DNA from: a virus
Taxonomy: Duplodnaviria > Caudoviricetes
Virus record (IMG/VR): IMGVR_UViG_3300025392_000096
Span: 1-34,549 of that record
Direction: 5' to 3' (one strand)
DNA: 34,549 nt
Shown: piece after piece, positions 7,715 through 17,197 of the stretch
Layout: the number at the start of each line of letters is the position of its first letter
Position numbering within the stretch: the stretch's first letter is position 1
Made by a program: the position numbers and the translations under genes
The notes under the pieces: model-generated
What the model saw: the letters and a program-made list of their open reading frames with translations, nothing else
Database searches by the model: none
Told to the model about the DNA's origin: nothing

Positions 7715-8613
7715 TAAATCTTCCTACGTACACTTCTAGGCATAGGTCTATATACTGTTTTAAAGAACTTACTAGCATCATTATTTGGATCAAATAACTC
7801 CATTCCTAATTCGTGTTTTAATGTTTCTCCTAATCCCATTATTTCATAGGGCAACATTTTATCAGTAACTTTGCTATATCTTTCTTGCCATTGATCTGAT
7901 AGCCAATCAAAATCACGTACATTACTATAGTCCCAATCAGTTAACAGGGTTCTGTAAGCACCTTCTCTGGCTCCATACATACTCCATAAACCATTTTCAA
8001 CATCTGCGCCAATGTTACACCATATAAGCAATCTGTGATAGTTTTGCCACCAAATTTCGCTAGTAGTTTTTACACGGGCGCCTTGTACAAGACACATCTT
8101 TACACCTTCACGGAAACCTGCTCTCCATGCTTGCTCAGGCGTTGCGTTAGTATAGCTTTCACTATAACATTCATTGAACTGATAATATCTTTGATCAAAA
8201 CAAAATTCTACACGACCTTGTACATCATTGGGGTTTGAATTTTCATGTGTACGCATTTCATTGACAAATTTACGTGTCCATAGTTTGAGTCCGCCGTTGC
8301 CGTATTGTAGACCATTTACATGAATATTGCCTGCCCAACTAAACACATTTTCTTCTGTAAGAGCAACACCATCTAACTCAATTTCAACTTCTAAATATTT
8401 AGGATCAATTATATTATCTCCATCTACGGTAGTAAAATATTCTGTTTCACTTAGTGCGGCGCAGGCTTTGTGCGCGGCATCCGATCCTTTAACTCCATGT
8501 ACACGTTTTGCCCAAGGCACTTTAGTTAATAAATCAGCGTAATTTTTCTCAGCATTAGGTTCATTATAACTGAGAAAAATAACATCTTGCTCTATAATTT
8601 TAATTATTGTCAT
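7714..8613 (-). CDS. Glycosyltransferase-like protein (GT-A fold), 299 aa
   Basis: LSYNEP, TVDGDN (DxD), GNGGLKLW, WRAGFREG; paralog of 7040-7714. Confidence 0.7.
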   Translation of the reverse strand: MTIIKIIEQDVIFLSYNEPNAEKNYADLLTKVPWAKRVHGVKGSDAAHKACAALSETEYFTTVDGDNIIDPKYLEVEIELDGVALTEENVFSWAGNIHVNGLQYGNGGLKLWTRKFVNEMRTHENSNPNDVQGRVEFCFDQRYYQFNECYSESYTNATPEQAWRAGFREGVKMCLVQGARVKTTSEIWWQNYHRLLIWCNIGADVENGLWSMYGAREGAYRTLLTDWDYSNVRDFDWLSDQWQERYSKVTDKMLPYEIMGLGETLKHELGMELFDPNNDASKFFKTVYRPMPRSVRRKI

Positions 8614-9199
8614 ATGTTATTCCGTATGATATAAAAGTTAATCCAGTAATTAATACAATGTCTTTTATATTCTGTTCTCTATTATCAACAAATTCAAAAG
8701 TTACAGTTTGTTCGTCGCATAGTTTCTTTAAGTCTATGGATATAGTTCTAATTAATAAATTGTAATCATTAGACGAAACTACAAAGAAATCTACTCTAGA
8801 TTCGTTGTGTATTTTATTTTCAATTCTTAACTTAGCATCTGTACTTAGATTAAATGTCCAACTTTGTTTATTCCATACAACTGTAAGTTCGGTCGATTCC
8901 GATGGAGCTTCATCTACTATTTCTATCATAGTATTTTTAAAGTCATATTGAGAATCGTTTTTAGGTACTAGTAACAAACTAGTCTTACCATCTGCTTTAA
9001 CTTGTCCTAGCAAATAATTGCTAAATTTTTCTTCTCCAGAAACTAATTGCTTGTAAATATCGTAATTAATTTCTAAAAAGTCTGGGTATAGTTTAATTGG
9101 CTCGTTAGTAACAGCTAACAACTCTTTAGTAATTTTATCATAATACGCATAATATGTGTTAGATAAAACTGGAGGTGGTGGAGTAATCTTAGTGGCCAT
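8600..9199 (-). CDS. Hypothetical protein, 199 aa, in the glycosyltransferase operon
   Basis: Overlaps both neighbours; GGAG upstream. Confidence 0.8.
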   Translation of the reverse strand: MATKITPPPPVLSNTYYAYYDKITKELLAVTNEPIKLYPDFLEINYDIYKQLVSGEEKFSNYLLGQVKADGKTSLLLVPKNDSQYDFKNTMIEIVDEAPSESTELTVVWNKQSWTFNLSTDAKLRIENKIHNESRVDFFVVSSNDYNLLIRTISIDLKKLCDEQTVTFEFVDNREQNIKDIVLITGLTFISYGITYDNN

Positions 9200-10010
9200 G
9201 ACACTCCTCCAATTTTTTTAAAATATTATCGGTGATAAAATCTTTTTCTATATAATGAAATAATGGACCTTGTCGTATGTTATCAACATATAATTTTGCT
9301 CGACCGTCAAGCATACAAGTTAATGTATTTTGCCACTTAGCAGGAACATGATCCCAACCTTGAAGTGGTGTTTTCATATGTGTAAACGTTAACGGTCCAG
9401 AAATATCAAGAGCTTGATCTTGTAGTCCAGATATTTCAATAGCAATGGCACTGGCTAAATCCATGCTGAGCCATTTTTGATATTCTTTAGGAGCATACTG
9501 AGTCCAACACCATTCCCAGTTATTACAAACAAACTCTAATATTTTATAAAACTCATAAGCCGCTTGTGTCTTTTTAAAATAGTGTAAAGCAAAATACGGA
9601 CTAGATAGCTTATTAACTATAAATGCTTTTCTGTGTACAGTATCTATTACAGGTTCTAATTTATAATTTTGTATTTTACTACAAAATTTTATATCAAAAT
9701 TACCGCAATGCTTCCACCAAAGACTTATATCGTCAAGCATGAGCATATCTGAATCTAACACTATTGTTTCATCGTAAGGACTAACATGATATAGTTTCCA
9801 TCTATGTTCCGCACAAAATTCAGAACCTGGACGATCGTACCAAGGTATCGGTATTATGTTGTCAAAAATTTCAGGATTATCAACTTGATCGTTAGTAACT
9901 AGTGACACAGAAGTTACAGTTGTTTGGCTAATCTTAATCGATAAGGCAAGAGCCCTAGCTTGTTTAACATACTTGTCACCTTCAGCATAAATTAAGAAAC
10001 CTTTAGACAC
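9189..10010 (-). CDS. Glycosyltransferase-like protein (GT-A, GT8/nucleotide-diphospho-sugar transferase-like), 273 aa
   Basis: A..LA.SI helix, SLVT, FDNII, SPYDETIVLDSD (DxD), distal FHY. Confidence 0.75.
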   Translation of the reverse strand: MSKGFLIYAEGDKYVKQARALALSIKISQTTVTSVSLVTNDQVDNPEIFDNIIPIPWYDRPGSEFCAEHRWKLYHVSPYDETIVLDSDMLMLDDISLWWKHCGNFDIKFCSKIQNYKLEPVIDTVHRKAFIVNKLSSPYFALHYFKKTQAAYEFYKILEFVCNNWEWCWTQYAPKEYQKWLSMDLASAIAIEISGLQDQALDISGPLTFTHMKTPLQGWDHVPAKWQNTLTCMLDGRAKLYVDNIRQGPLFHYIEKDFITDNILKKLEECHGH

Positions 10011-10851
10011 CTGTTCCTCCGTCTATGTATCGTAGTAGGCTGTGCTTGTTCATTACATGTACATCCAACCCTTGTGTTTTTGTTGCCAAATATTCTCCAA
10101 GATAATTTTTTTTCTGTGTTAAAAAGCTCATGTTGTCGTCTTTGGCATTTAATAACACATCATTATCTGTAGCATAGATCATTTTGCCCGGTAGTTCTAC
10201 AGCAAAATCTCCTTTTGTTTTTCCATTCATAATGTGTATAGCAATACTAAAGGCAAAATCATTTCTAAATGTAGGACTGTTAATATGATATAGCATTTTA
10301 AAATAGTTCCAGTTTGCTTTGATATAAGTGATTAGATCAAAGAAAGATTCTACCATTAAAGTTTTCTTAAACACAAATACTGTTGCCCAGTAAAATGGAA
10401 TACTATACTGATTTATTCTTGTAAATTCAGGTAATTGTCTTTCCCATGCTAGGTCAAAACTGTTTTGATAAATTTGAAAATCGTGATCGTTTTCTAAGGC
10501 AAGTTTTAAGACATTGGAATTTATAATATAATCACTGTCTATTACCAGTGTACGATCATAAGGAGTAAGATTATAAACTTGACCCCTAGCTAAATTTTTC
10601 CAATCTAATGAACTAGAACTTAAACTACCGTCGTAAAATTTTTTAGTTTGCGTAGCTTTTACTAGTGGTATTGGTATAATTTGATCAAAAGGATGTTGAG
10701 GATAGGAAGATTCGACCCACTTAGGATTATCTGTGATTAGACTAACTGGAATATCTAAATGATGTTTTAATCGCGTGGCGGCAAATACTGCTAGTTTAGT
10801 ATAATCTATTTTAGAATTATTCTGAGCAAATATTATTGCGCCAGTAGTCAT
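10003..10851 (-). CDS. Glycosyltransferase-like protein (GT-A, GT8-like), 282 aa
   Basis: SLITD, FDQII, TPYDRTLVIDSD (DxD), RND.AF, HVMNK; paralog of 9189-10010. Confidence 0.75.
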   Translation of the reverse strand: MTTGAIIFAQNNSKIDYTKLAVFAATRLKHHLDIPVSLITDNPKWVESSYPQHPFDQIIPIPLVKATQTKKFYDGSLSSSSLDWKNLARGQVYNLTPYDRTLVIDSDYIINSNVLKLALENDHDFQIYQNSFDLAWERQLPEFTRINQYSIPFYWATVFVFKKTLMVESFFDLITYIKANWNYFKMLYHINSPTFRNDFAFSIAIHIMNGKTKGDFAVELPGKMIYATDNDVLLNAKDDNMSFLTQKKNYLGEYLATKTQGLDVHVMNKHSLLRYIDGGTGV

Positions 10852-11198
10852 AGTTCAACAATGTCAGAAATTTTTCGTTTTTTCTTAATATCATTGAACT
10901 TTGTAGCATACTCGTTTGTAGCTGTAAAATACAATTCAACAATAGTATCAAGAAACACTTGTACGTCAGGTATTAGTACCGGGTGATTATTAATGTCAAT
11001 AAAGGCCACATCTTCTGTATAGCCTAAATCCAAAACAGTTTTAACAAAATTAATCAAATCAGGGCCAATTTGAAATGTGGCGCCGTTAGTATAATATGTT
11101 AACTTTTGATTATATTCTTCTAATATTATTTTGCGTTGATTAGATAGAGTTGCCATATAATTGGCAACAGCAAACGCTTTGTCGATTCTTTCATCCAT
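10848..11198 (-). CDS. Hypothetical protein, about 116 aa, first gene of the GT operon (weak resemblance to tail-fibre-assembly proteins)
   Basis: Start reassigned to ATG 11198 (GGAG at 11208-11205); the 11219 ATG overlaps the -10 box. ATGA overlap with the next gene. Confidence 0.8.
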   Translation of the reverse strand: MDERIDKAFAVANYMATLSNQRKIILEEYNQKLTYYTNGATFQIGPDLINFVKTVLDLGYTEDVAFIDINNHPVLIPDVQVFLDTIVELYFTATNEYATKFNDIKKKRKISDIVEL

Positions 11199-11217
11199 AG
11201 ATAACTCCGTAATGTAC

Positions 11218-11246
11218 ATAATACACTACAGTAATTATCTTGTCAA
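11218..11246 (-). promoter_or_regulatory. sigma70-type promoter TTGACA-N17-TATTAT with GATAATTA nested in the spacer
   Basis: -35 at 11246-11241, -10 at 11223-11218, GATAATTA at 11239-11232. Confidence 0.7.
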
Positions 11247-11258
11247 TGGATTAGGCTA

Positions 11259-12161
11259 TTAAGGTCCTGAAGGAGTTACGCTAGGTAGATAGTTAGCTAC
11301 AGATACGTTACCACCAGAAGCATAGTAAGTTTGAACAGTACTAGTTAATGTACCTTCAACATATTCGTCTGTTCCCCATGGAGCATTTGGTTGCCCAGAT
11401 AAGTCCTGGAATTGAATGGTGAATGTAATAATACTTCCAGTACCATCAACTTGAGCTAAAATATCATACTGGTTAGGAGTATATGTTGGGCTAGATGTAG
11501 ATTTGGTAAACAATGTTTGAGGATTTGTATTCAATTGATAAAATCCAATAGTACTTGCTACAGAACCAGAACCAGTTACACTGGTACTATTTAAGTTCAT
11601 AGTAATAGTTCCCATGTTTTGTAACAATGTTGCCCAGTCGTTGCCTTTAGCTGTACTGCCGTCTGATGGAATATTTGTCAAACTAGCACTGAATTGTATG
11701 TTACTACCTGCGTTGAAAAAGTATCTAGCATTAGCATATGAACCAAAGTTCAATGTTACTGTATGTGTAACATTACCATTCCAAGCAGTAGTTCTTGTAC
11801 CAGTACTAAGTGTTGCCAGTGCGGCCTGACCTGCTGGTGGGGTTACCAACGCATTAGTTTGTAGTAATAAAGCAAAGGCATAGTATGCCGCTCTGTCATA
11901 GTCTCTAACTAGTATACCGGTAGTAGGTACTGTTAAATTTCCACTTTCGTTATTACCTGTTTGGTGTTGACGTGCTGCAATTAAATCGTTGCGTAAGGCA
12001 GCCCAGCTAGCGGCTGTAATTTTTTGTCCTACACTAACTTGACTACTTGTAACAGTTTGTCCATAGCCCAGCGATCCGGAGCCAGCGCCTAATACTGCGG
12101 CTACAATTGATTGTATCGCATTAAAGTCACTAGCAAGTATTCTTGTGCCTGGTCCAGCCAT
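11259..12161 (-). CDS. Putative virion structural (tail/baseplate) protein, 300 aa
   Basis: S/T/G/N-rich composition, GYGQ and ARYFFNAG motifs, AAGGA RBS, location in the tail module. Confidence 0.7.
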   Translation of the reverse strand: MAGPGTRILASDFNAIQSIVAAVLGAGSGSLGYGQTVTSSQVSVGQKITAASWAALRNDLIAARQHQTGNNESGNLTVPTTGILVRDYDRAAYYAFALLLQTNALVTPPAGQAALATLSTGTRTTAWNGNVTHTVTLNFGSYANARYFFNAGSNIQFSASLTNIPSDGSTAKGNDWATLLQNMGTITMNLNSTSVTGSGSVASTIGFYQLNTNPQTLFTKSTSSPTYTPNQYDILAQVDGTGSIITFTIQFQDLSGQPNAPWGTDEYVEGTLTSTVQTYYASGGNVSVANYLPSVTPSGP

Positions 12162-12178
12162 ATCTTATCCTTTGTATA

Positions 12179-13663
12179 TTAAAGTATTAGGCATTCTACA
12201 GATTCTACTTGGTTAGAATCTGTAGAACCGATTGCCACAGCAAACACTTGATTTCCATTTGCTATCGCATTATTATCAGTTATACCAAATCCATAACCAA
12301 ACTGGACTATTAAATCTCCCTTGCTTACAGGACCCTGACATAACACAGGAACTCGTCCTTTAAGAGCAATATAAATACCGCCTTCTAAATCGCTATTCAT
12401 CATATAGCCTGGAGCCGTACTAACTACACCAATTGGAAAATCTCCGACTCCGGCAGCTCTTACTTCAGCAGAGCCGCCGATACACATTACTGTACCTGGA
12501 GCATAGTCTGTATCTGGCAAATATTTTTCTGCCAAGTCAGCGTAGTAGCTAGTTGTGCTTGCGCCGTTAAATGTATTAGCGTTAACGTTACCGCTGCCAT
12601 CGCGAGCTACAATAGTGCTTGGACTAGTTGATACACTACCAGCATAGTTAGATCCGCTGATTACTAAATTGTTTGCGCTTGTAGCATTACCATTAAATGT
12701 AGTAGCCCATACACTAGACCATTGATAAGTTTGATTACCTAAGTTGCTAGTAGTTGTTGTACCTGGAAGTACGTCTGCTCCAACTAGTTGTAATGGAGTA
12801 ACTGTACTTGAACTTACAGTTGTTTGGAAAACAATTTGATTACCGTATTGGTTTTGAATTGTTGGTGTTGTACTATTATTGTTAAACACTTTTAACTTTG
12901 CTGTAGGATTACCAACTGTATATCCAACATCAGCAAAATTAACTACTGAACTAAAACTAGCTGAACCTTGCGTAATATAACTAGTAGCAGGTAAGCCTCC
13001 TAGGTAATCAGCGTTACTAGCTGTTCCCCAGAACTTCATTGTAGAAATTTGTCCTACATTAGGCTGACTATTATTTGTTAAACCTGCTAGTGTAATACCC
13101 TGGTTAATAGTAGTAAAACCTGTAATAGCATTTACAGTACCGTCTAAGGTAAATTGTGGATCTTTACTAACTGTAAAAATAACAGTTCCGTTAGCAATAC
13201 CTTCGATAATAGCATGACTTTGACCTAGTGTATCTTTTACACTAGTACTCAACATTTGTGTAGTTAAGGAACCAGCAACAGCTTGTGGGCCAATTAAAGT
13301 AAAACTACTTCCGCCCCAAGCAAACAACTGATTTGTTACAGTATCAAACCAAAAATCGCCTGTGGTTAAACCGCTTGGTGCTGTATCTCCAATTTCTGCT
13401 CCGCCTGTAGTACGGAATTTACTACCGTCCCAGAATTTTAATTTACTTGTTCCGCTGTCAAACCAGATTTGACCAGTTAATGGACTACTAGGAGCTGTTG
13501 AATTAGCAAAATTTTCCAGCAAATAGACAAAATTTTCGTTCTGAATTGAACCGTATCCAGCGTAGTTTTTACCAACTAGTTTTAAATTAGTGGTTGCATC
13601 AACGGTACCGTCAGCAACTGTTACAAGTAGTTGCCCGTTATAGTGATTGATTGTATATGCCAT
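12179..13663 (-). CDS. Tail fibre/spike-like protein with C-terminal Peptidase_G2-like intramolecular chaperone domain, 494 aa
   Basis: Shared N-terminal GKNYAGYG...LLENFA...GQIWFD domain; C-terminal YADLAEKY...IGVVS...ALKGRVPV...KGDLIV. Confidence 0.75.
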   Translation of the reverse strand: MAYTINHYNGQLLVTVADGTVDATTNLKLVGKNYAGYGSIQNENFVYLLENFANSTAPSSPLTGQIWFDSGTSKLKFWDGSKFRTTGGAEIGDTAPSGLTTGDFWFDTVTNQLFAWGGSSFTLIGPQAVAGSLTTQMLSTSVKDTLGQSHAIIEGIANGTVIFTVSKDPQFTLDGTVNAITGFTTINQGITLAGLTNNSQPNVGQISTMKFWGTASNADYLGGLPATSYITQGSASFSSVVNFADVGYTVGNPTAKLKVFNNNSTTPTIQNQYGNQIVFQTTVSSSTVTPLQLVGADVLPGTTTTSNLGNQTYQWSSVWATTFNGNATSANNLVISGSNYAGSVSTSPSTIVARDGSGNVNANTFNGASTTSYYADLAEKYLPDTDYAPGTVMCIGGSAEVRAAGVGDFPIGVVSTAPGYMMNSDLEGGIYIALKGRVPVLCQGPVSKGDLIVQFGYGFGITDNNAIANGNQVFAVAIGSTDSNQVESVECLIL

Positions 13664-13687
13664 TGCTCCTGTTTCCTTATTCTTTAG

Positions 13688-13695
13688 TATTTATC
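13688..13695 (-). promoter_or_regulatory. GATAAATA late-promoter-like motif
   Basis: 24 nt upstream of ATG 13663 in a 46-nt intergenic gap; AGGAG RBS follows. Confidence 0.55.
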
Positions 13696-13709
13696 ATTGG
13701 TTTGCCCGT

Positions 13710-14789
13710 TTACCAACCGCCAGTTAGAGCCGCTCTTTTCCATGTATTTGTATTTGTACATACATAGATATAACTAGAATCCCATGCTACTTGTCCAGTT
13801 ACGCCTGATGAGCTACTAGTTGCCGGAGCTGACGAGCTAATTCTAAAAGTGCCGCTTACGTCTAACGTTGCTTGAGGGCTACTGTTAAAAATACCAACAT
13901 ACTTATTTTGAGCGTTAATATATAAAGCAGGACTAATACCAGTACCGCTTAATGTTGATATTTGGAAGTTCTGGTTTGGAGTATTCGATTTAATTTGAAA
14001 TAGTGTAGTAGTTACATCAATTTCATTATTGCTACCAGGTCCTAAAATCAATGCTGGATTAACAGCACTATTTTGTATACTTAATGTTCCAAGACTAATT
14101 GTACTATTACCACTAGTTGTTACAAAACTACTAGCTGGGTAAAGTGTAACACCGTCCGCACCTAGTAAATTGTTTGCTGATAACACAGGAACATTAAATG
14201 TAACACCAGTAAATGTTCCAACGTTAAATCCTATACCGACAGATCCAGAAAATCCGCTTATTGAACTAGCAGGTGTAAATGCTTCTGTAGCAAATAATCC
14301 TAATAAATTTCCTGAACAATACAAGTAAACAATATTATGAGATATTTTATTAATATCAATAACAGTATCTACAATAAATCCATTTTGACCCTGTGCGTTT
14401 GTATATATTGGGCCAGCTAAACGATTAGCAGTACCGTCATTAAAGTACAACTGACCAGTTCCGCTGTTAATCCAAATATCGCCAGTTGTTAAACTACTAG
14501 GAACTGTAGCAGATACTAGTGTGCCGCCACTTACTTTAAATTGAGATCCATCGTATACTTTTAAACGATTTTGTGTTGTATCAAACCACAACTGTCCTGC
14601 TATAGGATTGTTGGGTTGACTTGTATTAGCAAAATTTTCTAATAAGTGAACAAAATTATCATTAATATATAACCCGTATCCTGTACTGTTTTTAGATATT
14701 AATGTAAGATCCGTACTTGTTTGATTGATAGTGCCATCAATCAGTTCAGTTAATGTATTGCCGTTTGTAAGTTTAATTGTATAGCTCAT
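13710..14789 (-). CDS. Tail fibre/baseplate-associated protein, 359 aa
   Basis: Same N-terminal domain (NFVHLLENFAN..P..P..GQLWFD); C-terminal GQVAWDSSYIYVC..TNTWKR motif. Confidence 0.75.
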   Translation of the reverse strand: MSYTIKLTNGNTLTELIDGTINQTSTDLTLISKNSTGYGLYINDNFVHLLENFANTSQPNNPIAGQLWFDTTQNRLKVYDGSQFKVSGGTLVSATVPSSLTTGDIWINSGTGQLYFNDGTANRLAGPIYTNAQGQNGFIVDTVIDINKISHNIVYLYCSGNLLGLFATEAFTPASSISGFSGSVGIGFNVGTFTGVTFNVPVLSANNLLGADGVTLYPASSFVTTSGNSTISLGTLSIQNSAVNPALILGPGSNNEIDVTTTLFQIKSNTPNQNFQISTLSGTGISPALYINAQNKYVGIFNSSPQATLDVSGTFRISSSAPATSSSSGVTGQVAWDSSYIYVCTNTNTWKRAALTGGW

Positions 14790-17194
14790 TATACCACACC
14801 AGTAAAGATTATGTAATTAATTGTTTGGTATGGATTCATCACTGAAATAGGTGTAGCATGTGTATTAGAAATTACACTTCCGCTATCATTTAATCCATAA
14901 CCTTGTCCTGTTTGCGACTGTGCTGTTAGACCACGTCCCGCAGTAATATTTGTACTAGCATCTGTTCCAGGATTTGGAGAACCAACTGCGTAGAACTGTT
15001 GTACACCGTCATTAAGATTGTGTTTGTGATCTGGCAAATTAGTTGTTTGTAATGTAATTGTTTGATTACCGTTTGCAGCACCTACTGTATCAGCTGTAAC
15101 ATCACTAACTCTATTAGCAACTCCACCACCTGCTATAACCTGTTGACCTGAACCATCTTTTGCTGGAACCTGTAACTGATTATTCATATTGTCAGGGCCT
15201 AGTGGGAATCTTCCGCGCAAATCTGGTAACGCAAATGTACTAAGTCCAACTAACAGTGCAGCGGCCTTGTATTGATAAGCAATTACAGCATATAAAGCTG
15301 GATAACTACTAATTTTTACTTCACTACCATCGCATAACAAATAACCTGTTGGAATATTAGAACTATTACCAGCATATGGAAAGATAGCGCCAACTGGCAC
15401 TGTTGGTACATGATTAAGTAGTACAGATTTTGTCATACTTAATAAACCAGTGCCTGGACGATATACTAGGAATTCATCAATTAAATTAGAATCAGTAGCG
15501 GCAGTTTTACTAGTAATAATACCTTGATTGATACTAGTTGTAAAACTTTGTATACCAGTGGCACTTTGGCCGTTAAACTGGATGCCGTCGCTAGTAACAT
15601 CTCCTACTAATTGTAAAATTGTAGTAGACTGTAATTTGGCTGCGCTTTGAGCAACACCTGTACTTCCAGTGATACTGGCATTTACTAGTGTACCGCTAAA
15701 GTTACCTTGGAATTGTTGAGCAAATACATTCCTAAATGGACGAGTTACTGATCCAATATCGTATATATTAGCTGCACTGTCTGTACCAGGTTGTATTACA
15801 CTTGCGGCTACTGGATTATTATTACCATCTAAGTAATTAATAAAGTATTGACCAAAACTAGTTACATTATCACCTAGTCTTGTTTGTTTAGCTACTGTTA
15901 AACCGCCTAGTGTTTGTATACTAGCACCGCCTGGATCAAAAACACTAGTGGCTGTAGCTCCTACATCGCTAGTTCCTTTGACTATTAATCGTCCAGGAAC
16001 AGGATAACTAGGAACAAGACCAATATATTTGATTGTAGCAGTACCATCAAGTACATTAGAACCACTTGTATCAGTAGGAGCAGTAGATCCAGTAGTTCCA
16101 CCTGTGATAACTAGGTAATATTTTCCACCAGTTACTAGATATAAGCCAGCAGTTATAGATGTTTGGTTAGTCCATGTAACTGCTTGTGTACTTGGATCGT
16201 CTTTAATTGTAGTTCCGCCTACTACATCTAATGTACTTTGCGGACTAGTATTGTTAGTTCCAAGACCAATTTTGCTGTCAGCAGTAATATGTACTACTGT
16301 ATTAGTTGTTCCGTTATTGTTAAGAGCAAACTCAATAGGATTACCACTGTTTTTACTATAGAATATAGTTGTATTACCGTTAATACCAATGTTGAAACCT
16401 AAGTTTGCTCCAAGAACTAGACCGCCATCATTACGAATACTAACAGTATTGTTAGCAATAGTTGGTGTATCCGCTCTTAAAAAGTTAGTAGCCGCTACAG
16501 GTGTTCCAGAAACTAACAAAGCATCTGCCGAACTAGCAGTACCCCAGATTCCAGTATATGTACTACCTGGATCGCTAGTTGTTTTTGTACTTGCTACGTT
16601 GATGCCTTTGTTAATTGTGTTAAATCCAGTAACAGCAGATTTTGGAGTAAACGCATCTTGACTGATAATTGCCACTCTATATGTTGCCGTAACATTAGAA
16701 CTACTGCTAGAGTATATTGTTGTTACATTATGACTTACATTACTAGTATCAACAATGCTTTCAACAACTGGGCCGGTAGCAAGACCAGAACTGAATTGTG
16801 GGCCAACTAGTGTCCATGTACTTCCTGAGTACAAATATAGTTGGCTAGTATTTGTATTAACCCAAATATCACCGGCTGTAGCCGCACTTGGTGCTGTTCC
16901 TGACTTCTTAAGACTTCCTGCTGGTTCCCATTGTGTACCATCGTACACTTTTAATAAATTAATTCCGCTGGCAGTGTCAAACCACAACTGTCCTTGTACA
17001 GGACTGTTAGGAGGAGTGTCGTTAGAGAAATTTTCTAACAGATGTAAAAAGTCATTGGCTATAATTGTACCATAGCCAGCATAGTTTTTTCCTGGAAATT
17101 GTAAACTTGTTGTATTATCGACAGTGCCGTCAGCAACTGTGATTGGTGGTTTATCAGGATTATTAGATTGTGTAAATGTAACTTGATAGGTCAT
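14789..17194 (-). CDS. Tail fibre protein with phage tail-collar domain, 801 aa
   Basis: Tail-collar motif PVGAIFPYAG..P.GYLLCDG...YP.LYAVI...LPDLRGRFPLG, then NLPDHKH and NPYQTINYII; shared N-terminal domain. Confidence 0.88.
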   Translation of the reverse strand: MTYQVTFTQSNNPDKPPITVADGTVDNTTSLQFPGKNYAGYGTIIANDFLHLLENFSNDTPPNSPVQGQLWFDTASGINLLKVYDGTQWEPAGSLKKSGTAPSAATAGDIWVNTNTSQLYLYSGSTWTLVGPQFSSGLATGPVVESIVDTSNVSHNVTTIYSSSSSNVTATYRVAIISQDAFTPKSAVTGFNTINKGINVASTKTTSDPGSTYTGIWGTASSADALLVSGTPVAATNFLRADTPTIANNTVSIRNDGGLVLGANLGFNIGINGNTTIFYSKNSGNPIEFALNNNGTTNTVVHITADSKIGLGTNNTSPQSTLDVVGGTTIKDDPSTQAVTWTNQTSITAGLYLVTGGKYYLVITGGTTGSTAPTDTSGSNVLDGTATIKYIGLVPSYPVPGRLIVKGTSDVGATATSVFDPGGASIQTLGGLTVAKQTRLGDNVTSFGQYFINYLDGNNNPVAASVIQPGTDSAANIYDIGSVTRPFRNVFAQQFQGNFSGTLVNASITGSTGVAQSAAKLQSTTILQLVGDVTSDGIQFNGQSATGIQSFTTSINQGIITSKTAATDSNLIDEFLVYRPGTGLLSMTKSVLLNHVPTVPVGAIFPYAGNSSNIPTGYLLCDGSEVKISSYPALYAVIAYQYKAAALLVGLSTFALPDLRGRFPLGPDNMNNQLQVPAKDGSGQQVIAGGGVANRVSDVTADTVGAANGNQTITLQTTNLPDHKHNLNDGVQQFYAVGSPNPGTDASTNITAGRGLTAQSQTGQGYGLNDSGSVISNTHATPISVMNPYQTINYIIFTGVV

Positions 17195-17197
17195 TTA

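Noticed and set aside
6397-8613. thyX plus GTs as one co-transcribed DNA-hypermodification cluster
   Set aside because: They are on opposite strands, the ThyX looks canonical, and no hydroxymethylase, kinase or other base-modification gene is in the window. It is retained only as an alternative hypothesis.
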